Of a stretch of DNA of 64,000 nucleotides, positions 13,631 to 48,556 are shown one piece after another (position 1 is the stretch's first letter; each line of letters opens with the position of its first letter). Under the pieces are notes generated by a model. That model had not been told where the DNA came from. It worked only from the letters and a program-made list of their open reading frames with translations, and ran no database searches. Source of the stretch: Tubiluchus corallicola (Eukaryota; Animalia; Priapulida); the NCBI GenBank assembly GCA_030141605.1, contig JAQGDQ010000181.1:211124-275123 (forward strand). Direction: 5' to 3'. The position numbers were made by a program, and so were the translations under genes.

Positions 13631-14463
13631 CTTTTAACAGAGTTTAATACAATAATAATGTTAATGAGTGTATTAGTTGTGTATTATGTTAGTATTTTGA
13701 AATTCGCTGTACGTTGAAAGTTTTGTGTATATTGATGAAACAAGAACGCTTTACAACAGTCAGTAATTATAATTGTGGACATCTCTCTGCTGTTGGCTTA
13801 TTGCCAAAAATTTTATTATCGTCGTCGTGATATGTAATCATACGTTTGCTGTTGAAATAAATTACAATATCAATCTTCTAGTTGAATTAGAGCACTGTGT
13901 AATACTCTGAATCTACAGTAAAGTATTTTCACGAGAAAGGTGATCTAGTGTAACTAATAATAATTACGTTTTCTCGACCAGAAATGTATGTTTTATGACA
14001 GACCACTGTTTTGTGTTTCAACTTAACCGCCATGTGAACCTTTTAGGTTTACTCTATTACGCATGTTTAAGTGTGTGAATTCGCTGAATTATGTACTGAT
14101 ATTTGCTTACTTCGCGAAAAATATGATACAGCATCTAGAGTAAAATCAGAACAGCGTATTATCATATCCTGAACTGTTTTTTATGGATCTAATCTGTAGA
14201 CACCGTGGTGTGTATACTTTGTCGCGTCATCTACAGAATGTAATAGACAAAGTCTGGGGAATTTTGGCAAACCTTTGTCAAAAAATTAACTAAACAGTTA
14301 CATGTAAATCATTGCAAAAACGTAGACAGTAACACGACCTAGCAAATATTTTTCTTCAAAAGTTATTCACGTACCGAGAGGTTTATTATTGATGCCAAAA
14401 AGGCGCGGCAGATGTGCTGAAACTTTGCAAGTTAAGTCGGAATTGAATGAGATTATTAGAAGC

Positions 14464-35131
<20,668 letters not shown>

Positions 35132-37194
35132 GTTGCCATTCGGCTTGCGGTGGATCTCACGTAGTTATGGTGGAACTTGACCAGTTGACCGTCCTGTTTG
35201 CATTGATCTGTGTCCATTTAAACCTGTGACTAATGATAGTTATGTGCAGTCGCTACCAAACTTGTTGTCAGCTACTGAAGTTGACCAAATCTTCGCAAAG
35301 TGACAGAACTTAGCAAATGCACCAGCTTAACGAACACAGCAGTAAAAATAAGCAGGTGAGAGGATAAAGCTCACTTTTTCATCAGCTTCCTATTCTTACC
35401 AGGTTGCAAATTTTAATTTCTGTGCAATCTAATTAACAGAGTTTATTTTCACTATGATGCCTCTCAGTAGCTTTTCGGCAAAACAGCTAGTTGTAATTTT
35501 AATACAAATAATTTGAACTAAGGAGCTTCAGAATAAATTTACAACGTAAAGTAAACTAAACCAGTTGATGTTGTGCCTCAGTTAGTACTAAAAACCACAC
35601 AATGTTCATTAGATTATAATATATTGAGAGTAAATTACTTACATGCTTGTGACCTTTACTCACCACGCTTAGTGGCCACCCCAGTATTATACTTGTCAAA
35701 AATGAAACTATGCTCATTAATTTTGCAGTATTTTATGGCAGGTAATTTTGAACTAATTTTTTAATCTAAAATCTATCCGTCATTTGTGCAACAATAATTA
35801 GTATTGTAACAATTTATGTATTTTATTTTTAGTTTTCGAATTTTATTATGGGAATTGGTGAATATTACAGTGTCAATAAGATTTGTGCATTTTATGTTTT
35901 GAACACAAAAATTTGCTTTATTTTGCATGTAAGATTGTGCAAATGTTATTACTAATTATTACTTATTTTAGTTGTAAGTTAGACACCATTAATCCCTGGT
36001 GAGCATAATAAACTTTAAACATTAAGGGCTGATTTGGGCACTATTTGAATATGGCCCTTATCATAAATGTTAAGGCAATGTGACTATGAATCTGGCTCTG
36101 TAAATTTGATGTTACACTGAAATTGATCTTAAATTTCCATTAGCAAATCATAGTATCAGATTGACCTTATTTTAAACTGTATTGCATCTGTTTTATGCGA
36201 AATCGTTTCAGTTTGGTAGGTGGAGGGAAAACTGAATTCAGCAATTCAATTTGCTCAAAATGCACCAAAATCCTTGAAATTTTGGCCTAGAGCTCGAAAA
36301 TTGGGCTGCAGCTTGGTTTACACCATATACGTTTCTAATTTGTGTGTTTGCAGTAACAAATAAGTACTTTATAATGTCAAAATTTTTATTGTCTGTATAA
36401 TGAAATTGGCCTGTACTTTTGTCATTTTACGCTTGTTGCAATTTTGTTGCTTATTGTAAGCGTTTTTGTCTTATCCTCCATTTTCAAATTGCCTTATATT
36501 TTTTTTTATTTAATAAAAAATGTTTACTTGGTTTTGCTAACATATTATAATATATTACGAAATTCAACCTCGGTTCACTATATTGTATCTATGAGCATAA
36601 TGTTGGTACATTTAATAATGATCGTGATTTTATTCTATTTCATTTGTTAAATTTGCTAGTACAAGTGCAGTTTCTGTAAATTTTCCAGTTTGTTCATGTT
36701 AACTTTAATGTCTTGTGATATCTTTCTATATTATTACTGTAAATAAAGAAAATAGTAGAACATTTTTATTATAATTTATATGTACATGTTTGTTGTTTAT
36801 TACTCCATTTTTAGGTTTTCACGTACAAAATTTTCCCTGTAAAAATCAATGTAACCTCGTCATATTTCAAGTAGATTTTTGATTAAACACAAAACTTGTG
36901 TTTAGTCACACAGAAAACAAAAGTTGGGTTAAAAACGGACACATTATAGCAATAGTAAAACACACATTTATTATAGTTAAACTTTTTGGGCAGCAGTAGC
37001 TCACTAAAAAGGTCAAAATCAATATGGGCTACACAAAATAATTAAAATTTCAGTTATAATAACTTTACATGATGAATGCACAATATAAGCCAGCTACATG
37101 TCTGCTTTTGTAACTTTACATGATGAATGTACAATGTAAGTCAGCTACATGTCTGCATTTGTTTCATATTTGTAATAAATACAGTTTATGTATT

Positions 37195-37798
37195 CGGCAC
37201 CATCTTAACGCAGGGGCAGGGGCAGTTGTTCAGGGGGCCCCATGGTAATCCATGTATGTTGTGACTTGCTGTCAATAAATAAATACTATACACTGAACCA
37301 TAAATACTTGTTATTGTGTCACAAGTGGTGTAGACCAACTGTGCTGGAGAACTTTAATTTTCAACAATGAAACTTGTAAAAAAAATCAGCTTCGTAGCAC
37401 AATTATGAGGCATCAGCTCGTGTGTACAGAAAATGACATCTTCAATTCTCAGCAAAGAATTTCGCAAATGTTTGTGTTGAACGCTTGATTAATAATAAAT
37501 AATTCACAATATAATTTCATTCTGTGCCATCTCCGTCTGTATAGTTTACCAATTGTGTATCATTCATATGTTGAAATTTTTATATTTTTCAGTCATGTTA
37601 TATTGTTCAAATGCTTGTGTTAATTAATCTTTGTTGTACAGCAAGTCTTTTAAACACTGATTTTGTAGTACCAATACAGTAAATATGTATTTAATCTTAT
37701 CGATCATTTACATTTGTATTCTAGTGAGTGGTTGTGTATGTAGGGACCCCAGTGCAATGCTTTGCCCCTGGTGCTATAATGTCCTTAAGACGGCCCTG
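37195..37798. mobile_element. hAT-type non-autonomous element
   Basis: Ends CGGCACCATCTTAA / TTAAGACGGCCCTG; exact 8-bp TSD TATGTATT (37187-37194, 37799-37806). Confidence 0.75.
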
Positions 37799-37959
37799 TA
37801 TGTATTCTAGCAAAGAATGTAATATCCGCTACTCTGATTGGGGTTATGAAATGAAAACTTACGTGTAGTAAAAAGCAATTCCTCTAACATAAGGTATGTA
37901 TTACAGTCAACCCAAGATTTTAATCATTAAATTTTTGCATTTATAAGCCATAATTAGAA

Positions 37960-37990
<31 letters not shown>

Positions 37991-38072
37991 GATTTTATTT
38001 TATTGTTCTGGCATGATTATTTTGCTAAGTCTGTATAGTCTAGATTTTTCTTGTGGCAGAAGAGTTTGTCAT

Positions 38073-40846
38073 TCACTTTTGATGCTTCACTGATATTGAT
38101 ATCAGAATAACAAGCATAAACAGAAACTTGTTGTACAAAAGGTTTCTTTCTTTACCGCTTGTTGTAGATGTCGGTTGTGTTGAATAATCACTGATATTGC
38201 AGATGTTGTTTATCTTGACCTCGAGGACGGCTTTATCATTGCCTACCTGGTCACACGTGATGGTCGCTGGATCATCAGTGGCTCCAACAAGAGTGAAATT
38301 TTGCCAGGAAGTCTTGTTCTGCAACCATTCGATGAATTCTGCATTCTCGCATTTACAGGAAAACACCGGATCATCCCGTATATCCAGAAGACTGAGATTA
38401 TTCAGAGTTTGCGGTATCAGTTCAGATATCTCTTGCCCACGCAAGTGCAACTCTGTCAGCTCGGGTAGCAACTTCATTGCTCTTGCCCATCGGGTACTAT
38501 TAATAGTGGTGCAGGATTCACAAGTATTAGGATCGGATCTGATTTCCAACACCTCTAATTTCCCTAAAGTGCGGAAGATAGCATCTATTTGGGCATCATG
38601 ATTGAGAATTGCTCCATTTGGGCAGGCTTCTTCCACACTAGGCTCACCTTGGTCACATTTGTAAGAGATCGACATCTGTTGCAGTAGCGGAGCTTCCAGA
38701 TTCAAAGGTCTGCGAAATTTGTCCAGTTGTAGATGCAGGGACTTGACTGTTGGAATATTAATGGTTCTAGAAGTTCCTGTTGCCGAAGACACCATTTCAC
38801 TATCAATGTCTAGGTTCAGTTCTCGAAGGTTGTTCAAAGGTGTAAAGAAATTGCCAGCAATTGAGTAAATGTTGTTTCTGGATAACTTCAAGACCTGAAG
38901 TAAAAAATTTAATAAACATCATCAACATTGTACTAATTGTCGCTTCGGTCACAACCATGTGTTATGATGTTTGCCAAATTATCCTAGCTCAGCTGGCATG
39001 GAATGGGTGGTCCATTGATAATGATGCCCCATCACAATCATTGTGTCAAATCCGGCTCACAATATTTTGTAAGAATATATTAAAATTCTAACAAACCGGC
39101 ACACCATCGTGGTCATACTACTTTTTTAGAGTACAAGGAAATGTTAAAGTAAATAAAAACTTTAACATTTCAGATGGGCACGTGCGTTTTAAACAGATGG
39201 CTATAAAGATAAATGATTTTGTATAGTTAACACTTTACCTCTAATGTCCGACAGCATTCTAGAGACTGATTTAGAACATTCAACCTGTTGTCTGATAGGT
39301 CCAGCTCTTTTAGAGATGGATAAATTACACGTTGTCCTTGCAGTGGGAAGTCTCTGTCTTCTATGTTATTATTGGACATGTCTAGTGTTTCAATCTCAAC
39401 TCCAAATCTGAAAGCACACAGTGCATTACACGTAACATTAGACGTGTCTAGTGTTTGAATCTCAACTCCAAATCTGAAAGTACGCAATGCATTACACGCA
39501 ACATTAGACATGTCTAGTGTTTCGATCTCAACTCCAAATCTGGAAGCACGCAGTGCATTACATGCTACATTAGACATGTCTAGTGTTTAAATCTCAACTC
39601 CAAATCTGAAAGCACGCAGTGCATTACATGCTACATTAGACATGTCTAGTGTTTAAATCTCAACTCCAAATCTGAAAGCACACAGTGATTACACGCAACA
39701 TTAGACATGTCTAGTGTTTCGATCTCAACTCCAAATCTGAAAGCACACAGTGCATTACACGTAACATTAGACGTGTCTAGTGTTTCAATCTCAACTCCAA
39801 ATCTGAAAGCACACAGTGCATTACACGCAACATTAGACATGTCTAGTGTTTCAATCTCAACTCCAAATCTGAAAGCACACCGTGCATTACACGCAACATT
39901 AGACATGTCTAGTGTTTGAATCTCAACTCCAAATCTGAAAGCACACAGTGCATTACACGCAACATTAGACGTTATTCCCAATGAAATTTGAATACGTGCA
40001 TTGGACATCAAGTTTCGGTGATAAGCACGCGGGTTTATCGAAGTAACGTGCGGGTAAAAATAGTCGGGACCACTTTGGAAATAAGTATTGAGTTACTTAA
40101 GGTGTTATCCTTCCACTATGTCCTAAATGAAATTAATATTATTAATATCTAATAATTCAATGCACTGACATTGGATTCAGACTGCGCAGTACAGAGCTGG
40201 TCTGCTACATTGCTGCCAGCCCATAAGCCACATGGTTGTGAACCTGCTCTAAAGGTGCATGCGCACACAGAGTTGCTGAGACATGTATGTAGCAGTTTAT
40301 GGATAGTAAACCCAATTGGTGTGACTGTGTACATGTTTGATTGCTTTTGTATATTAACACTACATGTAAAGCTAATTTAAACAGATTCTACATCCAGTAG
40401 TCATATAAATTACACAAATGCATAATTGAGTTACACTTGTACCTTGGAAGCCCGCATGAACTTTTTGGACATGAACCTCTTAGTGAAAGAGTCTTTAGCT
40501 GTCGGAAGTTTCCTATGGAATTTTCAATCACAGCATTTCCATTGTCGTTAAGCCATAAGCTACGTAACTGACTGTGGAGGTTGGCATTGCGTAAAGTCTG
40601 TAGAATTTGATCAATTGGATGCTTATTACCATCTGATTGTTTCATATTATTCAAAGATATTCTGAAAAAAACAATTTGTGTACATTAATTTAATCTTCTG
40701 GTGTACTTTAATTATGTTTACATTATTTTTTGTGCATTTTGTTGTGCGACGAGGTATGCCTTGTATTTTTGTTGTATATAGCTTTATTGTTGGGCTAATA
40801 TGATACGAACGAATGTTTGAAATAAAAAAGTAAAATCAAAATCTCT

Positions 40847-40937
<91 letters not shown>

Positions 40938-43811
40938 CCTCCCCCCTCTCTTTCTCTCTCTCCTCTCTCTCTCCCTCCCCCTCTCTTTTTCTCGCTCTCT
41001 CTCCTCTCTCTCTCCCTCTCGCCCTCCCTCCCTCCCCCTCTCTCTCTCTCCCTCCTCCTCTGTTTCTCTCCCTCCTCCTCTGTTTCTCTCCCTCCCCCTC
41101 TCTCTTTCTCCCTCCCCCCTCTCTCTCTCTCTTTCCCCCTCTCCTTTCTCTCCACATGTGGATTCCTCATTTTGAATACCTTGACACTATACTGTTCGTC
41201 ATCGCATGTATCATAAAGCTAAGCTGGTCTATGTCAGTCTTGCCATCCAAAATGACCGTTTTCAATTGACGAAGACATCTGAGTGACTCGCGGTCCAAGC
41301 TGTTTACCGGTGCTGGTCCAGCCAAATTCAGCCACTCCAGTGGACAGTTTCTAAGAAAGCAATAGGATGTGCTTGGTAGATTTGCCTGGAAATCATAAAT
41401 AATGTGCTTTGATTTCCTTTATCAAAAACTATCAACCTAAACGTTATGCAATAATGTACACACTAAATCTTTATAAAAACCACGCCTACAATAGGACATG
41501 TAGTTTTGTTTGTGTGCATCATCTGTGCGCACAGTAAAATCAAAACAGATGAAACGCTGCCTGTACCTAAGCTTGGGACACGAATAGGTTTGGACAATAT
41601 CCCGAAACTCATTACTTTTAGGTTCAAAAAGACAAAGGTCACAGTTTCAGAAAATGTCAAAAAAGTTTTGTCGATAGTGGCTTCATATCAAAGCGTGTGT
41701 GTGCACCTCTGTTGTTAAAACCAACAACACTCTTTGTGCATTTATGAATTTCAATGTCGAAGTCAAATTTAAACATCGCTGAACATACGTTAGGAAGCTC
41801 ATCGTGCAAAAATAATTAGCATTTTAAGTTAGGCCTATGTTGTGCAATTAAGAACGTTCATTGTGTTGTTAACGACCAAGCAAAGTTACGAACTTGTACA
41901 GAACTTTCTGGAATAATACCAACCAACTTCACTTTTGCAGGCGTGCGCAAAACTTAACTTGATTCAAATACTTTTTGTACACACTGTTTATATAATGTAA
42001 TAAAGCATTTTCACGCGTTGCTTATACCTTAAAAATTAATATGTATTTTATAACCAGGGCCGGATTATGACTTTTTGGGGGCCCTAGGCTAATAAAGTTA
42101 TGAAGATGAAGCCACCCGCTTCGAATATTTTTTGCTCGTAATGTATTTTAAATAGCTATATTTAGCTTGAAGCAAACTTATTGCAAATTCTTTAAATAAA
42201 CAGCAATATCGATCTTTTGTTTGTCAATAAAAATATTCTTTAAGAAATACAACTGTTTCACTATTTATTACAAACCAAATTAGCACATATTTCAAGTTTA
42301 TAAAGGAGTGTAACTGGCCTACCGAAGAATGGGCTAAAGTATAAGACACATCCAGCTGCTGTAAATTACAATTTGTTACATTCTTAGATCCAATTCGGAA
42401 GACGCGTTTGGACACATCAAGCTTTCTCAGCATTGGCAAGCCCAGCATCAAATCGGACGGCACGTCACCAAAACCAGAAAATCCGGCATTCGGAGCTCGA
42501 AGCGTCAACACCTCTAACTTGTTGAGGTCTCTAAAATTCTCGATTTGACTGCTGACAATCTTATCAACGTTGGTGCAATCTTCAGTTTTGCTCCTGGCGT
42601 TTGGATCTGACTTGCAATGCTTTTGTAGATCTTTTACTACCTCGTTGCTAAAGCCGCCGTTTGGGGAAACTCCGATAGAGGAACCTGCGAAATGTTCGAT
42701 AATTAAACTGCTTTAGCAGATATAAAAACAAAGGTCTAGAAATACACCAAATTCAAAAACCTCTCTTAACTGGGAGGTCCTTGAAACATTGACCGGTAAA
42801 TTTATTAAGGATAAAATTTGAGCGCGATAGCCGTTATATATACCTGTTAGGTTTAACTCTCTCAGATTTTCTAGATTTGCAAAAGCGCCCAGTTCTATGT
42901 AGTGTACTTGATTCAAGCTCATATCTAATGTGACCAAATCTCTCAAGTTTCCAAGTGTGGTAGCGTTGATAAACGTGATCGAATGTCCGGTGTAGTTTAA
43001 CACCTTCACTAAAACCAGAAAGATCAGGATTTTTTAAATTCAAAATACTATACAAAAAAACCTAAATGTCGACAAATCTTAGGAAATGTAAAAATGAAAT
43101 TTAAAACTAAGGTGGAAAAAAAACAAAAGGTAACGTGAAAAAGATGTCATGTTGTTCTTTTGACGAGGTTTTATGGCTATTAGCGATGACATTTCATATC
43201 AAGGAAGCGACATAAATACATTTTATAATATTGAAGATTTAATAATATTTGTTTTATCAGTAATCGTTTTGTTTATCTGTAGTGTCACTATATTTCAAAT
43301 TTGAAATGTCTTGTTTTTTCTTGTATGTATTTTTGGCAGTAATGAACATGAATGTGAATATTTTCTGTATATAGTGTATGTTATAACTTTATAAGATCCG
43401 TACAAGCACACAGAAACTGAAAGCAAAAGATATTTAATTTGAGAATGGCAACGGCAAGATCTCAAATTTAGTAGCTGTAAGGCTGCACGTCTAAGCTTCA
43501 GATTAAAGAATACAGTGGCATACGGTCTAACAATAAAGTTAAATGAAATACAGGCCTACTGTGTTTGAAGTTCTCGTTGGCTCTGTGCAATCAAAAGTCG
43601 CTCTGAGAAAAGTTACCCCTAACTCCTCATTACCTGATAGCGGAATGTCGTTTTTCATTGCCGTCATACGACTCTTGGTTCCATCTTTCCGGTAAGAGCA
43701 GTCAACAACGGTGTAATTCTGGTGGCACTGACACTCTGACGGACAGTGAGCACCATCTGTGGTCAAACTCCACGCCAGCAACAGCAAAGCAACGACGATC
43801 TTATAATCCAT
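38073..43811 (-). CDS. Extracellular leucine-rich-repeat protein, TLR-ectodomain-like, no TIR; 7 exons, 706 aa
   Basis: Exons 43811-43634, 43008-42844, 42684-42323, 41385-41180, 40661-40443, 39407-39239, 38894-38073; all GT-AG, phases 1,1,0,2,2,0, total 2121 nt with no internal stop. Signal peptide, LRRNT CPSECQC..VVDCS, LRRs (LVTLDMSLN, LKELDLSDN, LKLSRNNI), LRRCT FSCKCENAEFIEWL..C..C, S/T stalk, hydrophobic C-terminus. Confidence 0.88.
39374..39972 (-). repeat. 66-bp tandem array (9 copies) spanning the intron 5/exon 6 junction of the LRR gene
   Basis: Minus-strand unit taatgttgcgtgtaatgcactgtgtgctttcag|ATTTGGAGTTGAGATTGAAACACTAGACATGTC; first exonic base at 39407, 39473, 39539, 39605, 39671, 39736, 39802, 39868, 39934. 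Confidence 0.95.
40842..41153. repeat. (CT)n / CT-rich polypyrimidine tract in LRR gene intron 4
   Basis: About 310 bp of almost pure C/T. Confidence 0.95.
42055..42296. mobile_element. Truncated hAT-like MITE, same family as 30891-31246
   Basis: Starts CAGGGCCGGATTAT..GGGGGCCCTAGGCTAAT; shares internal block with the WSB1 intron copy; no right TIR seen. Confidence 0.6.
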
Positions 43812-44615
43812 GATTTGTGAAAATATAGTTCTTCTAAAGGGCTAACTTCCTACGAGAAAACTGCTTCTGTAAAATTATTTGTGGAACACGTATACCTAGG
43901 GATTCGTTAAGGTTTCAGAAACTTTCATTTTTTGCGTCCAAATAGAAAAGATCTTCGTGCCACAATTTTATCAAAGATGGAAAGCTGTGTGTCTAGAAAT
44001 TATGGCGATAAATAAGGCAGAGAACTCTTATCACATATTTGTTATACAAGAAGCGGGCCTAAAATAATTTAGGCCTTACTGCGTGCTTTTCACGTGCACT
44101 ATAGACTATCACTATACGCCTTTCTAAATTTCTGAATACAAGCAGACATAAAGATATAGGCTTACTTTCCACAAACACATGAAACAAATCCTATTATATT
44201 ATAGCTCCATATGGCAGGTCTACAGCTATGCCGTATAAGTGGACCAACATTTCATGCCTTTAAAGCTCAAACGAATACAATATAGACTATTCTCCAAAAA
44301 AATATAAACTTTTAAAAATAAAATATCTTATTTTTCTGTTACATGTACTTGTACTTACCTTATATTCAGTGCACTTTAGCAAAGACTTTCTTGACAGCCT
44401 ATAAGCACCTGCCTTATCCCGAAACTGAGGATTTCCTGTTCATTTCCCCTGTGTTTCCTTTCAAGAAAGGACTAGCAAAATGGGCGCGATATATGCATAT
44501 CCGCAAAATAAAGCAACACCAGATCTGCTTAATAAACGAATGGATGCCCCGCCTGGCTGTCCTGCCGTCAAAGGAAAAAGCTTCGAAAAAGATAAACATC
44601 ACGAAATTTAGGCGG

Positions 44616-44632
44616 TCTCTTCCTCTCCCCCC

Positions 44633-44687
<55 letters not shown>

Positions 44688-44970
44688 ACTCTTTCTTTCT
44701 CGACCACTGCTATTATAGTGCTACATTGCTACGATGCAACAAGAATTACCGACCATGCGCATTTTCCCTCATTCTTACAGCGCGCATTCTCTCTCTACAT
44801 GTATCCAAATTACAGTTCTACACCTCCAGCCCTCTCTCTACCGCTGCTACAAATGCTTCACTTCAACACTGCTAAGCGCCTGATCGGTAATTCTTGTAGC
44901 ATCCCGTCAGTGTAGCACTGATTGAGAGTGTCCAGAGAGAGGGGGAGAGAGAAAGAGAGACAGAGAGAGA

Positions 44971-45060
<90 letters not shown>
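44616..45060. repeat. (CT)n tract (44616-44685) and (GA)n tract (44934-45060) in inverted orientation
   Basis: Direct reading; tracts are mutually complementary and ~250 bp apart. Confidence 0.9.
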
Positions 45061-45062
<2 letters not shown>

Positions 45063-46709
45063 GTTATAACACGTCACTCCCAACATACACATTAATGCAT
45101 CATACGAACGTGATGCTGTTAGTTAGAAAGAACCTGGGAAGCTGATAGGAACTAAACCTTTTATTTTAGTATTGTAGTTTATTTGTTACCCGTTAAACAT
45201 TATTATTATGCAAAATGTATTTTTACACCTCAGTAAATATTTTTTCATTAGCTTAAATGAGTGATAAAATTAGTTTGTATCAGTTGCTAAATTAGCAATC
45301 ACAAGTGGGGGATTCTTGAGAGTTTACAGCAAAACAACGCATTTAGTCGTAGTGGCTTAAACAGTATCAGTAAAGAGGACCTGTTAAACTATGTTAAAAG
45401 CATTAGATTATGATAGATAATTATGTTGATGAATGCTGCCATGAAGCCAGTTAAGGAGTGGTGTCACGTGAGTAAGGGATTCAGAATCGAGGTGTCGAAG
45501 CTCCGCGTACGATATACATGTATAAGTCATGTGATGCGCCCAGCTCAAGAGATTAGATTGAGCTTGGGAGCCGGAGCAGAGCAAGCTAGATCCGGGGCTT
45601 GGCATTACTATCTGTTATATTTATAGTGTTTGATGTTTAACAAACGTGTAGTTTTATAATCAGACTCTTCATAGTTTTGCCATCCCTAAAACACCAATAA
45701 TCAGCTATACACAACCAATACAACGAATTATTTTTACTGTAACGATGTCCAAAAGAACCAATCTCCATTTAGGGTGTGCTCCCGTAGAGATACCTAGGCT
45801 GCTTCACCAGTTTCTGGCACGTTATTTTAGGCTAATAAATATTTACATTTTAAGTTAGGTTTCGCTCAGCCGTGGACATAAGTATTTCGTTAAAATTCGC
45901 CCAGTGTCTACATCACTCATGTGAACGGGTTCAGTGTGTAAACACCCCCTTGCATAAACGTGACACTAGTCTATTTAATACCAATACATGTACATTTCTG
46001 GGTGTTTGTGTTGATTTTTTTAATTAAAAATATCAGACGAATAAGTTTAGAATTGTTCGGCTTGGGCAGAGATCTGCTTCCTACGGAACGCATTCTAGTT
46101 TTATTATAGAAATCAGTTGCTTCTAAATAACATTATGTGCCAATTTTTCCTACTTTGGCATTGGTGCCATTTTTCCGGTGCCATTTGCCACATTTCAACG
46201 AGACAAAATTGCGAAAAAAGCTTATTAGCATAAAATTGTGTTACGATTTAATTTACTTTTGAATACAGTTATAGAGGATGGCTTCAGTTCTACTAACCAC
46301 TAGGAGACCTGTTCTCCCCTTCTGTTCTAACCACTAATACCTCCGGTCTTTTGTTTGCCTAACCCTTTTCCACTCCTCTGTCAGAATGCACAAGGTCCTC
46401 TTTAATTCTGGCAGGCAAACGAAATATTATTTATTCTGTGCTATTGTGTAGAAATTGAGTGTTTTTTCCATAAATTTTGTAATCGTATTTTGTTTGATGT
46501 GGAAATAAATTATACAAATTACAAAAAATTGTCTGCTTTCCATTTGTGCCATTTTTATCTATTCCATTTTTACCTGTACAATTTTTTCGGTGCCATTTTG
46601 ACCTACGTTCATTGGTTACACGAACGTCTGTTGTTTCACTAAGAATTTTCATTAATTGGCGATATCTCGAACTTCTGCGTTCCCATGCCATACTAGCAAT
46701 AATACTAGC

Positions 46710-47572
46710 AAACTAGGCAGTTACCTAGGGCACCAAACTATGGGGGAGCGTTGCCAAATTCTGGAAGTATTTTTTATTTTTAAGTTTAACTTTAGACTTA
46801 ACAAAATAACATAATGTACTGTGTGTAATTGCTTATTAATTTAATGAAACAAACTCCTTGTGTTATTTTCCTGTCAAAATAAGTGATTTTGAAGGGCTAA
46901 CATACGAATTTTCTTCCCCCACCAAATCACTTTCTACATTTGCTTTACCTGACTTCCTAGTATCACATCATTGTAAGCAGACACTATTGAGTACAGACAC
47001 TTTGCCCGTCTGCACAGTTCATATTGTACTGCAGAGAACAGCAGAAAAAGTAACGACTCTGATCTAATAAAGAAAGTTTCTTGCTTTAAATCATCAGAAT
47101 TGAAGCTTTCAGGAGCGTAATACATGTACAACAAACAAAAAGGTAAAAAGAAAAAAAAGCTGGCGGACACATAGCAGCAAAAAGATTCGCTAGTGAAGTG
47201 TTTGTAACCAAACTAGAGTTATGGCTGTGAAGATGATGAAACTAGTGAAATAAAAAAGCGGAGTCAGTGTTTAAAAAAATTTTTGGTGAAAAGGCTGAGT
47301 GAAAATCTAGCCATGAGTAGGTGCTTTGTACACGAAGAGCGTGCAACAGAAATTGCAAAAGTTTTTGTTTGCTCCTGAAGACCTGGGACATACATTGGCA
47401 CCATAAACTCAATTTCAAAATGAAATCAATAGTTGTAGACTGTTCAGTTAATTAGTACCCTATAATTAATTAATCAGTTATAATACAGGCACACAGGCCT
47501 GACACACAGGCACCGTTACACTGTAAATATCTAAAATACCTTTACTTAAGGCGATACACTACCTAGGCCCTG
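46710..47572 (+). mobile_element. hAT-like DNA transposon remnant, homologous to 9560-10303
   Basis: Shared sequence blocks with 9560-10303 in opposite orientation; right end AGGCCCTG. Confidence 0.55.
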
Positions 47573-48556
47573 TTTAGACGGAGAGGTCGCACGCATTTGA
47601 AGAAACCAGGCTTTGGTGATATGATAAAATAATTACGATTTATAATTGACACTGGGAATTGATAAAGTTAGGTAAACGTTAGAGCGCTAATTAATTTTGA
47701 ATTTATCCACCGAAGCGAGTTGAGCTAATTTGTTTTGGAGGGGACCGATGTGAGAGACCACTGCATTTCACTTTAAGACGAAGAGAGTTAAAATTTATGA
47801 TTAGGTAAATCGAATAGCGTGTGGGTTTCACACGAAAAAACTTGTAAGCTCAGGAGAGAATGTTTTTATACATTTAAGGAATTTTAAAATATGTTTTGAT
47901 ATTTCGGGCAAAAAGCGCAAAATTTTTTTACTGCATTATCAAAAATTACCTACATGTACTGTATGCAGTAACACATTGCCCGTAACAAATTATGCGACAA
48001 TACAGCATTATAAGTTCTGCAACGAAATTATGTATTGCAAAATGCGGAATAGGACTCGTTTTTCATTTTTATCTATTTGTTGCTGTTGACGATGATGTAG
48101 TACGTGGCTGCGCAGTAGGAATTTGGCACATGACCACGTGGATCCTTTAATGATGTGCCAATACAACGTAAAAAACTCTCGCTGAAACAATGTGCCAAGT
48201 TAAAAGACAATCAATGAATTTTCTTTTGTACAGCATCATCCCTGGGAACGGTTGGTACGGGTTGCACACAATAATACACAGTGCGTGTTATTACGGCATA
48301 GTATCACTCGAGATCTACTTTTACGTATGCGCAGCATACATTATACATGTACAACATTCTCTGATTACACGGCACGTGTCTGGTTTGTGGTACCAGAAAT
48401 GAGTGTTATAGGCTGCTACGTAAAAACGTTGACTATTTTACGCCTAAACTGATAATTTCAAATTCAGTTTGCCAGCTCTGTCCAAGGGCTTATCTGTCGA
48501 CAACTCTATATAATGTGTGGTGGTTTCACGTTAGAAAGTGGTTTTGTTTCTTAAGT

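Noticed and set aside
36700-38072. Downstream TIR exon for the LRR gene
   Set aside because: No TIR-like frame on the minus strand; region is AT-rich and contains a hAT element.
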